From contig JAPEUD010000025.1 of assembly GCA_026026165.1 (NCBI GenBank), positions 62,001-126,000 of the forward strand: DNA of 64,000 nucleotides, written 5' to 3'. The DNA is from Sarea resinae. Taxonomy: Eukaryota. Numbering within the stretch: the stretch's first letter is position 1; every line of letters begins with the position of its first letter. Below, piece after piece: positions 50,181 through 64,000 of this stretch. Made by a program: the position numbers and the translations under genes. Under the pieces are notes generated by a model. It was not told the DNA's origin and ran no database searches. It saw only the letters and a list, made by a program, of their open reading frames with translations.

Positions 50181-51445
50181 CTGTACAGCAGAGGGGGGGA
50201 GAGGGAGGGGGAGTGGTGGGGGTGGACTTATGTCGTATACGTATGGGAGACGCAGGAGCTGCGGCCTAAATCGCAACTATTGGAGTAGTTCGGTTGCCGT
50301 TGTGAGCTCGGCTTTGGGATCGCCAAGAGTAGAAGGTCAAATGCACGAAATACGGTACGAACCAGCTTTACTACTGTCCCTGACGGATTTGGACTAGGAT
50401 GGGAAGGGGTTTCTCGAGCCTCTGGTTCATGGAATCGAATATCAAATATCAAATCTGTCACGGTAAATAGCCTGAGCCTGTGATTCTCGACTCTTGGCTG
50501 ATTGGAGCTATGTGAGGTTTCAATACAAGAAAGAAATGACTTTTTTTTCTATTGTCCGATCCTTCAGACCATCGAGCCTTTTCGATCGATGAAGCGCGGC
50601 AATAGCAGCATGCCTGACCTCGTCCACATCCACCTTGATCTCCGTCGCGACTGTGGAGAGTGCTCCACCCATTGCGAAAGATCGCCATGGCCGTTGCAGA
50701 GGCCAAGTATGCTCCCACTGAAACGCCTTTTTGCGGCGAATGCCCGTCTATGTCGCTAAGCAGCAAGAAATCGGATCCGGACCAATCGCAATTCAATCCA
50801 GATTTGATCTTTCGGGCCGCGAGGACCTTGATCGAAAGGTGACAACTTTTCGCTTTCGTGAAAGAAAAAGGAGAAAAAGAAATCGAGCAAGTACAAGGAA
50901 AGCGTGGTATCGGAAGCCGAAGAATTAGAGTTGTGGCCTATGTGAGAGTAGGAATACCCATTACCCCGGAGCTGAAGGAGAAGCCGTAACACTCGTGAAG
51001 CATCTCCCTCGAGATTCAAGCCGTCGTTTTAAAGATCCGCCCAGATGCAGAAACAGATCCTTCCGAAGGAAGTTCGCCCCCAAATCCTGGGCACATATGC
51101 TCAGGGATAAGAAGAGACAAATTTAGGGTAACAAGCAAAAATCAACGCTATCTATGGTAATGCCGGCCAGGGGTATGCTGTAACGGCCTGCACGAACACA
51201 GACGTAGCCACGTCTCCCATGTCCGCTCCCACGACTAATCTTCGTACCACGCAGAAAAAGACTCTGTCGAGATATCATGATGCAATTGAAAGCATATTGA
51301 ACAAATGAAAAGATTCGGAGCTTGAAGGTCGTTAGTTTGGAGCGCACTGAAAAGCACTCATAACTTGATCTTAATGCTCCATGGCGCCGTAAGTGGGTCT
51401 ATAAAGTCCGAAAAGGAATCCCCAGGGCGCCAATACACCGGGCGA

Positions 51446-53648
<2,203 letters not shown>

Positions 53649-54950
53649 GTTGCACTATGCTTGCGAGTTTTCTATCTTCTTGAGGATATTGTGAATGAAT
53701 AGCCTTAGATGATCTTCAACTGGGATGTGTTGGATGATAGCGGTCGATAAGCTGAAACGAATCGACAATCGATCTGAGAATCTGACTGTGAGGTGACGTG
53801 AAGTCGATGACTTTCGAACTGTAGGCCGAGAAACGAAAGAGACGAGATGTCAAAGTCGTAAGAGAACGAGAGCGGAAGATGAGTGAATGAGAAGTATGTG
53901 GAAGGTAAAATAAACTATCTTCCCTTGGGTCTCGAAGATCACTTTTCCGTGATAAAATCCTCACGGTCGTCTCGCCGAGGACGTCTAAGGAACGAAAGAT
54001 GTAACGAACACCTCTCGATAACGCACTAAAGGGTATGTTGTGAGGTTGAGGTGAAGAAAAAGCGGAAGAGAGGAGGGTGGATGATGGTTGGAAGAGTTGA
54101 GGTTGAGGAATCGTAAAGTAAATCAAGAAGTCCAGCGTAAGTCTGAGAGTAGGGCTGTGTGGCGGTAAAAAAGTGAAAATTACTGCGCTTATCCGGATTC
54201 GGCACTAGTCTCGGGCCTTTCTAGACGGTGCTCTCCGTTCCCTTCCACATATTTCCACCCACTGACTAAAAGGCAAGCCGTCACTGACTCAGCCGCTGGT
54301 CAACGCGTGAATGCACTGGAATCAGCTTCCAGAGTTTCCATTCGTGCCTACGCAGCAGCATTTACGCAGTTCTGTGTTCTTCAAGAACGCTCTATGTTGT
54401 GCTGTGGTTCTCGCGTGCACAAAGCAAGGTGGCCTCCACAGCTAGCTATTCGTAATGGACGGACATGGTTCCACCGCTCCAGGCAAATCATCGCGATCTG
54501 CTATCGCTCGGCTATCATTGGAGATCAGGTACGAGACGGCTGGCTACGCCTACAGACTATGTTCAACATCTCTCGTTTCAAGCTGCCGACCTATCCTCAT
54601 AGAGGCAAACGTGACTGGGGACCATTAACATGATCATATGAGATTGTAGTCTACTTCTCTCTTTTAATAGGGGAAGTCCTCGCGCGTGTGAAAAGAAACA
54701 TTGCCACCATGATAACAATCACACCGCCAAGTCCCAACTTTTGCATCGCCGTAAGTCCTAGGCCTTCAGCAATGGGGTTTTGAAAGTCGGAGCTATCAGG
54801 AATTGTCTTGGCCGCCCCATCAACACTCTGGTCTGAGGTAGAGGACCATTCATCCAGCTCTTCTACTGGAGCAGCTGAGCCCACGAGTTCTTGATACAGA
54901 GCAACCAATTATCAGCAACTCTAGAGCGAGATGACCTGGAGCAGGCTAGA

Positions 54951-55915
54951 CTAGAGTTCAACATGAATACCTTCTTCTGGTACTTCCAACTCGCCGCTCT
55001 TGACAATCTTAACAGTCTCGACCGGCGCGTCGCGAGACTTCTCGACGTTCTCGATCTTCTCGACGATATCATAGCCTTCCAGAACCTCTCCGAACACTAC
55101 GTGACGACCGTCGAGCCACCTAGAGAAGACAAGTTAACATTGCCCATGGACTCGGCAAACATAGAACAAAAGGACACTTACGAGGTGACGACGGTCGTAA
55201 TGAAAAATTGCGAGCCGTTGGTATCCTTTCCGGCATTCGCCATGCCTTTTCTCGATCAGCTCAAGCCTCAACCATTATCGATGAAGAAATCGACATACTC
55301 AGAGTACCAGGTTTGGTATGCTTCAGCTTAAAGTTCTCGTCGGGGAATTTAGCCCCATAGATAGACTTCCCACCGGTTCCTGTACCGCCATTAGGAGTCA
55401 TATCACTCTAGATTTCGGTTTCACGGAACTCACCATCTCCCTTGGTGAAGTCACCTCCTTGGATCATGAATTGTTTTATAACTCGGTGAAACTTCGAGCC
55501 TTCATATCCGAATCCCTTTTCACCAGTTGCCAATGCTCTTTTCTCGTTAGATCATTGCATTGCATCTGAAAGAGAAAAAGCAATACCTGAAGTTTTCCAC
55601 GGTCTAAAGGCATGTTAGTAAATGCAACATCAAGATAGCCAACAGAGGATCCTACCTTGGGAACGGTTTTCCCGTAGAGACCTATCACAATCCGACCCAA
55701 TGGCTTATCGCCATGCTCGATGTCAAAGTAGACCTATTTCTTTATGAGCACGCTGCCGTCAATGCACTATCAAAAGCCCGCAGGCGCGGGAAGCGAAGCC
55801 GTACCTTGTGGGTAATCTTCGGACCCTTTGCGGCTTCTGAGCATTGTGCAAAGAACAGGAAAGTGGCGGTGAGGATCAGCAGGACCGATATGAGGACTCT
55901 CTGTAGGGCCGCCAT
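54951..55915 (-). CDS. cypB: ER cyclophilin B (peptidyl-prolyl isomerase), 7 exons, HVEL-terminated isoform; an alternative TM exon extends to 54651
   Basis: Signal peptide [28 protein letters not shown]. Spliced motifs [53 protein letters not shown] and [10 protein letters not shown]; ends GIHVEL-stop. Confidence 0.95.
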
Positions 55916-56352
55916 GATGGAATGATATTCGCTGGTGGTTTTGGTACGGAAGATGAGCGAAGGCGGTTAAGAAACGGAGATGTGTCCGTTGCTCCAAACA
56001 GGTAACAAGCAAGACACCCTGTGGTTATCTACCTACCTTAGTATCCATGCTTGCAGCATTACTGCGCAGTATTTGTTGTAGGTACAGCCTGCAGTATCAC
56101 TACTCACGTTCGGCGTAGTTCTGATTCCAAGGACATCCCAAAGCGGCGATGATAGAAACACGTGACCACCTTGCTCAGGTACCTATGAAGTATGCAATAG
56201 CAATCGCGGGAAATGCCGCTAACATTTTCTGGAAGGTGTCGATGCTACTGATTAGGTACCTTACTGAAGTGCGCTCGAGATCATTGAACGTCCTCTACCT
56301 TACCATAGAGATCGCATGAGCTGCCGAGAAGCTGCAAAAGAGCCTCTTCGCC

Positions 56353-56928
56353 ATGGTATGTGGAAATAAAGATTGCTATCTCTGGTCCGCGTTAAACTTT
56401 ACCAGGTTTTCATCCTAGGCGTCAATTTCCCTGAGCAGCGGCTCGTAAAGGTGAAAACGATCTTCCGTCAGCTCAGCTGAACGACCACATCCCACATACT
56501 GGGCTTTCACTAACGGTCCAATTCTCCAGCGCTCTCTTGAGACTTTCTATGGTGTTGGCCCGTCGGTATCCCAACGACTAATGGCGCGCTTCCATGTCCA
56601 CCCCACGGCCCGAGTAGGAGACCTCGCAACGAAGCAGGTCACAGACCTAACGGCCGAGATGTCGAACATGACGCTCGAGAATGACCTTCGGAGGCGAGTA
56701 CGTGACAACATCAGAAGATTGAGAGAGATGGGGACGTACAGGGGAAGAAGGCATGGGCTGGGATTGCCCGTGCGTGGACAGAATACTCGGTCACAGGTAT
56801 GTTCCTCATCTGACAATCGATTCTGAGCTCGGCAGACGTAGGCCTGCCTTGAGAGAGAATATGCTGATATGGGTGGGACCCAGATCTCCACGGCACATAA
56901 ACTCAATAGAATCGAGAGGAAGGGCTGA
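56353..56928 (+). CDS. SWS2: Mitochondrial small-subunit ribosomal protein uS13m, 4 exons
   Basis: Exons 56353-56355 (ATG only), 56406-56450, 56530-56796 and 56884-56928. Motifs MVFILGVNF, FYGVGP and GTYRGRRHGLGLPVRGQNTR (S13 signature). Confidence 0.95.
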
Positions 56929-57669
56929 GCAAAGGCGCTGCTGACGGTTTCTGTATTATACTGGGAAATTTATTACATACAATCATTCATCATATCAATC
57001 GTACGAGACTATCTGACAGCTCGTACTTCTATATTCTTGGAACGGGTTACGGTATCTTAGATATCGTCCGAACCGGGTTTTCGATACCGTGATAACCGAG
57101 ACGTCAAACGGCCCTCGATACGTAGGAGACGTAGGAGAACCCTCTCGGAGTAACCACGTTTTACCCCATAATATGTCATATATCCAGTCTACTTTAGATC
57201 AGTTACATTCGCTGAATCAGATTGTATTTCTGAAATGGCTGCTTGCTCGGAGGATTGATCTCGTTAGCAGGCCAGTCAAGCCATGTGGATTGACATTTTC
57301 AGACGTTGCGAAAGCGACCGCATAGCGCGTTGGCCATTGTCCACTTGTCGCAAAGTCAGAGCTTCGACGAACTTTCTGGAACCCCTGTATGAGCATCTGT
57401 AGTCTCCAGAATGGTCTTGATATCAAAGGTGGTCGGTCGGTACAGCAAGCTAATATACCCATATTTGAGGATACCAAACACTTGTCTGCGATGCCGAAGC
57501 CAGTATGAGGAAAGAGTAGAATCATATTGTGTCCAAGACATCATAGCGCTCGTGGTAGAAGAAAGACAAAGGACGACTTTCGCTGAGGCATACAGTACAC
57601 AGCAGATGAAGAGACACCAAGCCCGAATACCTGACCCATTCCACGCTCAATGCCATAAGATCCCTATAA

Positions 57670-58403
57670 TCATTTCGAAACAACCTCCTTCACTTTCTGT
57701 ACTGCCTCCTCGCCCTTCGCCTTTACGGTGTCAAGACCCTCCTTTGCCTTCGTTTGCTCGATTCTCTCCCTCCCGCCGAAACTAGAAGCGCCCAGTCAGC
57801 ATGCGCAACTCTGGCAGGTTTATTCTATTGATCTCGAGACATACTTCCAGTATTGGAGATACCGGTATCCTTGCACCAGTTGAGCGTTGCAGTTCACGAA
57901 ATGGCAGGCGAATAGAAGATAGTTTCTCGGGGTCACCGCGAAAGCGTAACGCATAAAGACAGCGGAGTAGCCAGCTAGCGCGGCCGTCATTCGACCAGAG
58001 ATACTAAATCATGCACGAGTCCATCAGCCCTGTGAATTGATGAAAGTCCATCAAGAGAAAAAGCACAGTGGTCAAGAAGAAAGCGTCGACTGAGCTGTCC
58101 CTGCGAAGATTGATAAAAGCTCAGGGAGAATAGGACATACATTTCAGGGTCCTTTTGCGTGTCCATGACTGCAGCAATGGGAATGCCGAAATTCGAGGCA
58201 GGGCCCCAGAAATCTGATCGCACATGGCCATCACGTCAGTAGGCGACTCCAGTAGGTATGATGGAATCCGATAGGTACGGCCGCAGAACCTGAGGCTGCA
58301 GTTCGTCGGGGTCGATCGGAGAAGACTCACGAGTAGAGCACACATAGTCGAGGACCGGATTGGCTCGAATCTTCGTGTTGAGGGCCTTGATTGCGGCAGC
58401 CAT
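57670..58403 (-). CDS. MPC1: Mitochondrial pyruvate carrier subunit 1, 4 exons
   Basis: The spliced protein reads MAAAIKALN...[36 protein letters not shown]...[19 protein letters not shown]...VVSK-stop. Confidence 0.95.
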
Positions 58404-59104
58404 GGTGGTCGAAGTTGGTGGTGATGGTTGTTGTTGGTGGTGAGACCTCTGGGAGTGATGCAGCTTACCTTGCGGAGATCTACCCCGGCCTTTGTAGATG
58501 GACAATGTGCCGTGGTCCGTAATCCTACCTGCATAAAGGGTCGAGGTCCTCTCCCTCACTACGGAGTCCTGGCCCCGTACTTCCGTCTCCAGCGCTGTTC
58601 GTGTAGTACGAAGTTACCACGAAGTTACCTAGTACCGTACAGAAGACCCGATTGTGGAGATACGGAGCTAGCGAGCCGGACTTAGTTCGCAAGTCATGGC
58701 GTGTAGCCCACGTCCAGACAAGCATTGACCGGATAATAGGCATCTGGAAGCATTCCTCTTACCTACTCTGTACTACGTAGTACTACTCGTTTGGGTACAT
58801 CATCATAGCGAGGAGCGAACAGTGGGCCGAGGGGCCGAGGGCCACGGTCATGGCAGTGTGCTCTTGGAACCTCTAATCTTTTCTTGTCACTGGCTATAGT
58901 ACAGTAAGAGACCATTTTCTTTTGGTAAGAAACGACAACTAGATCCATCCCTGAACGCCTCGTGCAAAAAGATCAAGCAAAGTCAATCACTGTTGCTCTC
59001 GCCAACCATGACATGCGTAGCTGCTAGCCGGGACAATCACTGTATGTAGTGTTTGCTCTAAAGCTCAGCAGGCTTTGATGAACGACCAACATTTGCCAAC
59101 CACA

Positions 59105-60116
59105 TCATCGGCCGCCGAATCCCGGAGGAAAGCCTCGGCCGCCGCCAGGTGGAGGTTGAAATCCTGGAGGTCCTTGAAACCCGCCAGCTGTAATAGAAAA
59201 GTTCGTCAGCAGATATACACCAAACGAGACTTGATGACGGTCACTTACGAGGGCCTCCTGGAGCACCTGGGAAGCCTTGTGGTGGGAATCCAGCTGATAG
59301 CATAAATGTTAGTCTAACATCAACATGCATGATACAGTATCTCAGATACTTACGAGGAGGTCCACCTCTGCCAGGAAATCCTGGTGGTGCTGCGCCCGGA
59401 AAGCCACTTGGCGGGAATCCTCCTCCAAAGCCAGGAGCAGGTCCTCCAAAGCCAGGAGCAGGTCCTCCAACACCTGCAGCAGGTCCAGCGAGTCCACCCG
59501 GAAGGCCTCGACCCGCTGGCCTGCTAATACCAGGTCCAGCTGCCAGTGTGGGAGGTGCGGCCCCAGGGCCTCCGGGCACGCTCGTCCCTAGTCGCGCTGA
59601 AGGGTCTGCAGGTGGTGGGCCTTCGACGGTGAGAGAGACGATGTTTGTGCCACGAACAATAGCGAGGCCAAGGGTACGCTTCTCTTCAGACTCTACAAGA
59701 GCTGCTGGAGCGCTGCCTGGAGCGCCTTTCGTAGGCTTACGCTTGACCCGACGGAACTCCTCTGTATCTGCCAGAACCAAATTCATGTGCTATGCTTCGA
59801 TCAGTAGAGCTCTCGAGGAAACGTGTGGCATGATCCCTCACCTTGTCGAATGCCAGCATCTGCCCCTTCATCTGTCGCCCATCGTTGAGCGTCACATTCA
59901 TTCGGTAGTTGATCTGGTTCCGTTAGCTTTAGCCATGGCGAGAGCTTCACGCGGTGGCTTGAAGCAGCGGCGAAGAAAAGGCCTGTGAGGTACTCACAAG
60001 ATTTTGCTAAAAGACAAGATGTCAGTTGGATCTTACTAACCATGTGCTAAGCCCGCGAGTCGTAGTGCAAGGTGGGATGTAGAACTTACCATCTTTCCCT
60101 GCCTGTTGCCCGCCAT
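59105..60116 (-). CDS. SMB1: Small nuclear ribonucleoprotein SmB, 6 exons including a 9-nt microexon
   Basis: Exons 60116-60090, 60006-59998, 59913-59842, 59789-59354, 59293-59249 and 59187-59105. [49 protein letters not shown] (Sm1), [14 protein letters not shown] (Sm2) and a Pro/Gly-rich tail. Confidence 0.95.
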
Positions 60117-60644
60117 CTTGACTGAATCTGCACCTTTGTGCAGTTCTGTCCTTCAGATGGGTCCTCCAATGATTGAAAATACTGCGAGTCCCTTTGCGGC
60201 TGGTTCGTCGTCGGGGAGGCGCGAGTAAATCGAGCTTCAGAGATCGACGCGATTATTGAGGCCGGTGATGAGGCTCTCAATTCGCTTAGCCTCGAAGGGA
60301 TCTCAAGCTGGGTCAAGAGGTGAGTTGTGGTCAATTCGGGCTCTAGCAAATTGATAGATCGAACAATGATCGGTATATTCTACTCAGTAATACATCTATA
60401 GTGAATGAGTCGCTGTACTGATTGAATATGCCTTTGTCCTGTCGAATCAATCTGCTAACGTCTCGTGGTTGGCCATCGTGAGGAAGTCCGCTTAGTCATG
60501 AAGTAGGGTTAGCAAGCCTAAAATGCGGCTCTTCGCTAGCGGCTCGCACAATCGAATTGCCCTCCACACGAAAGTCGTCAAGTCCAATTGAACCTAACCA
60601 GCACCCACGACCTTCAACGACAACCATTCTCCCGGCACATCGAA

Positions 60645-61409
60645 ATGGTGCGTTGACTCCCACGGTTTTCTTCGAGCAATTCCTTGAGATTGCAAACGTT
60701 GTATCAAGAAAGCAGAGGTACTGACGATAGCTCGATAATATGCAGGCGGAATCCGGAAAAGACAAGAGCGCGAACCCCATGCGGGAGCTCCGCATCCAGA
60801 AACTGGTCCTCAACATCTCCGTCGGCGAGTCTGGCGACAGACTGACTCGTGCCGCTAAAGTTTTGGAGCAACTGAGCGGTCAAACCCCCGTCTACAGTAT
60901 GTTTGATCCTTGATGCCATCTCGAATCAATCGACAAAGCAAGGCGAATCCTAACAGTCACTTTCTCTACCCATAGGCAAGGCCCGATACACCGTCCGAAC
61001 ATTCGGCATCCGACGTAATGAGAAGATCGCCGTGCATGTGACGGTCCGTGGCCCCAAGGCCGAGGAGATTCTGGAGCGTGGTCTCAAGGTCAAGGAGTAC
61101 GAGCTCCGGAAGCGCAACTTCTCCGAGACTGGCAACTTCGGTTTCGGTATCAGCGAGCACATCGACTTGGGCATCAAGTACGACCCCGGTATCGGTATCT
61201 ACGGAATGGACTTCTACTGCTGCATGTGAGTTTTTACTCTTCAATCTTTTGCGTCTCATCGGAATGCTCATATTCTATACAGGACCCGCCCCGGTGAGCG
61301 CGTGGCCAAGCGCCGAAGATGCAAGTCTAAGATCGGCACCTCGCACAAGATCAACCAACAGGAGACGGTCAAGTGGTTCAAGAACCGCTTCGAGGGCATC
61401 GTGCGATAA
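60645..61409 (+). CDS. RPL11: 60S ribosomal protein L11 (uL5), 4 exons
   Basis: Exons 60645-60647, 60746-60896, 60976-61225 and 61283-61409. Motifs [48 protein letters not shown] and [11 protein letters not shown]. Confidence 0.98.
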
Positions 61410-62219
61410 ATGTAACGGCCCAAGAAGGGGGTGTGAGAACTCAGCAGGGGGGCAATGGATGGTGAACACGAGGGTCTGATTGGGAAATGCATGACGAGGA
61501 GCGCTCCGGCGTGATTTTGCCTGTGTCCTTTGTCTGTAGTTAGAAACAAGCTCGATCTTGCGCGGCCTATCAAATGGAGCTTCTTTCGTTCTTCCACACT
61601 CAGTCAAAATGGAGGCTTCACTTGGGTGATGGTCCGCTTCACCATTCATGACTGTAGACATGGCATCGAAAGCCATGGCATATTTCGTGTGTCGATCTAC
61701 TATTCGACGAGCGTAGGTAGGGTCTCCGTTGCAGTGATTGGAGATGCCGCATAACAGTGGAACAGATTCAGCCCAGTTATCACCCGAACCAAACCGTCAG
61801 TCATCTATTCCATATAGGAGATCACGGCACGCTTCAATTACAATATATTTGAATCCGAAGCAGCTCGGGACTGACAGACAGCTCTCTTAATGCATTGACA
61901 AGAAGAAATCGAAAGCACATGTTCTAGATTGGCTCCACCACATTGAGCTCCCCTTCTCGATGTTGGTCTTTTTATCTGTCTTTCGAGTTTTAAAGGCAAC
62001 GATTCAAACGCCTAAAGAAATGCACCAGTCCCGCCACCACAGCATCACTATCCTCTCAAACAAAGCATAAGCAGCACCTCTCTTGCACGCTACTCATGAA
62101 GTAGCGGCTTTCCCGTCCGTATGTCTTTCTAATCCATCATCGCTCTATCGCGTTCCCAAAACCGCCGACGGCCTCGCCTAATGGAACGAAGTCCAATACC
62201 ACAAACCATGCCCGATCAT

Positions 62220-62763
62220 TCACTTCCCGTCCTTGCCCTTTCTCTCGGTCTTATAGCTCATCTCGTTCCGGATACGATCGAAACTGCCCTCATTGGCCTG
62301 AATAGAAGGGCATCACTCGTCAGTGTCTTCCTCTCCCAAAATTGAAAATAGAAGAGGCCAATTCGATTATTGCTCCGTAGCAGATTACCCAAGATTCTCC
62401 AGTCCAGCAGGCTCAACAAGCCTCAACGCAAAAAGAAAAAAAGGAAATGAAGGTTTTATCACGAAGAAGATGATGAGAAGAACTCACGTCTTGATAGCCC
62501 TCCTCGTGTCCAGGCAACTTGATGCCCCCGGCACTGGTCTGATTTCCCTGGACCTTGTCCTTATACCCGGTCGGCGTCGCCGAACCAGGGGTATGGCCGT
62601 CGGATCCGCCACCCGAGGAAAAGCGTCCCTCGATATTCTGCACGCCGAACGTGCGAGGTGGGTAGCGTCCGAGAAGGTAGAAGATGCCGACTCCCGTGAA
62701 GCCAGCGAGTGATACCAAGAGGAAAGGTTTTGAGGGCCGGGATGGTGGCACGGGTGAGGACAT
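62220..62763 (-). CDS. Small hypothetical protein (~117 aa) with an N-terminal hydrophobic helix, 2 exons
   Basis: Exon 62763-62488 (MSSPVPP...FLLVSLAGFTGVGIFYLL...EGYQD), a GTGAGT...CTGAC...CAG intron at 62487-62298, and exon 62297-62220 (ANEGSFDRIRNEMSYKTERKGKDGK-stop). Confidence 0.7.
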
Positions 62764-63295
62764 ATTGGTTGCTCTTTTTTTTTTCGGAGGCGTGGGCGTG
62801 TTGGTTGAATAGTTATGAATTGGGGAGGTATGATCACAGGTCGAGGACAGCTGCGGAGAGGTTTTGTTGTTGATCGTTCAGGGATGGGTGGATGAAGTGG
62901 GAATGTCGAGATGGGATGAACTTGTAATACCGAGTGTACGGAAAGCTGTGATAGGTAGGAAAGATGCGGATATGGGAAGTATGAGGTCAGTCCAATTGAC
63001 TCTGTCGGGCATAGAGGCCAAGCAAGATATACCCTAGAAGAGGCTTCAGGACCAAAGGGGCCGGGGCAGCTAAGGTTAGGTGAGGTGAGGTCAGGCACGG
63101 TAAGGTAGTCATTTCGAGAATTGTTTTGGCCCAATGCCGTTCCTTCTCTGCAGCGGCTCTCGATCTCGTGCACTCATCATCGTTTTCCTATGGAAGCGGG
63201 TCGCTCGTACGTACAGATGTCAAGGACAGACAAGAGATAGCAATGATCTCCATCTTCTTCTGGTATTGCCAGAAGGGAGTAGCAGAACCGCGACT

Positions 63296-63329
63296 CATTC
63301 AATTCAATTCAATCCAATTCAATCCAATT
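63296..63329. repeat. (CAATT/CAATC)n pentamer repeat
   Basis: An attcaattcaattcaatccaattcaatccaatt run. Confidence 0.8.
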
Positions 63330-64000
63330 ACACGTCGAATCACCATCGCCCAGATTCACTTTCACTCCTCCTATCAACCCTCTTCTCCACTTCCCTGCCT
63401 ATTCCTTTCCTTTCCATCCCTATTTTCCAACATTCACAGGAATGCTACGGCGCATCCATACGGCAAAGCACCGATCCATACGCATGGAAGTGATTAAAGT
63501 GTAGAGTGCTGTGCTGTAGTGGTGGAGTCCCCTCGATCTTCATCCCTAGCTACCTACCTCCTAGCTGCTACTTCGAGAACGTCATCGTTCTTGAATCGGA
63601 CCAGATTAGCAGTACTCTAGGGCGGGCTGGGAGGCAGATGGAAGTCTAACCGGGATACGGTCGATCATCAGTACTGCTACATCAAGCGGGTACCGAGTAC
63701 TGCACGGTATACAAAGTCCCTCCTACTCCGGAGCCCGTACTATGTACGCTCGATGGATACCTACATACCTTAGGGAGGCACCTCAGGTATGGATGTTCAA
63801 TGATCCTCGGCCCTAGCTGAAGTCCGGAGGCCGAGACCCCAGTACGGTATGTGGGATACTGCGCGCTTGGGCCGCTTGAGAGACCGTAGGAGCTTGATCT
63901 CAACAAGGGAGCAGCTCGAAGTTGCCCACTGATTAATGATATGCGGAGCTGGAATTACCCCTCCCATTACGTGAACAGATTTGAGGATCGTTGTTCGGGA

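Noticed and set aside
51345..51395. AACTTGATC...TAATGC resembling a TPP riboswitch (similar fragment near 38211)
   Set aside because: No CTGAGA junction and no P5 stem, not in a thiamine-gene intron, and antisense to the DED1 3' region.
60041..60046. TAG|CACATG|GTTAGT as a possible second 6-nt microexon in SmB intron 1
   Set aside because: The flanking introns would be only ~43 and ~34 nt, the first lacks a clear branch site, and the insertion would disrupt the conserved N-terminus.
60504..60512. CTAACCCTA (minus strand) as a telomerase RNA template
   Set aside because: It lies in a 0.5-kb promoter between two genes with no room or structure for a telomerase RNA, and is better explained as a promoter motif.

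Overview
Eukaryotic genomic DNA from a filamentous ascomycete (Pezizomycotina-type). The evidence is short GT-AG introns with CTRAC branch sites and fungal housekeeping proteins. I reconstructed about 20 protein-coding genes by hand, most of them spliced: thioredoxin-PITH protein, ornithine aminotransferase, a YOR1-type ABCC transporter, GPI10, a GTS1-like ArfGAP, an SMP/C2 protein, cytochrome c peroxidase, an F-box protein, a DAL5-family MFS transporter, APE2, DED1, cyclophilin B, SWS2, MPC1, SmB, RPL11 and four hypothetical proteins. There are several microsatellites. I could not support any tRNA, rRNA, CRISPR array or intact transposon. The most striking unexplained signal is a ~1.6 kb region with no credible coding ORF (44860-46450), between the MFS and APE2 3' ends. 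It is packed with nested, mostly perfect inverted repeats whose G.U wobbles and GNRA loop favour the + strand, so it is a candidate large structured ncRNA. It is the size of a telomerase RNA but has no canonical template. Other notable items are a cyclophilin B splice switch between an HVEL soluble ER form and a membrane-anchored form, and a 37-bp inverted-microsatellite hairpin upstream of a small tail-anchored protein gene. Dual-start APE2 and a 9-nt SmB microexon are also noted. All exon boundaries and pairings were read by eye and need computational confirmation.
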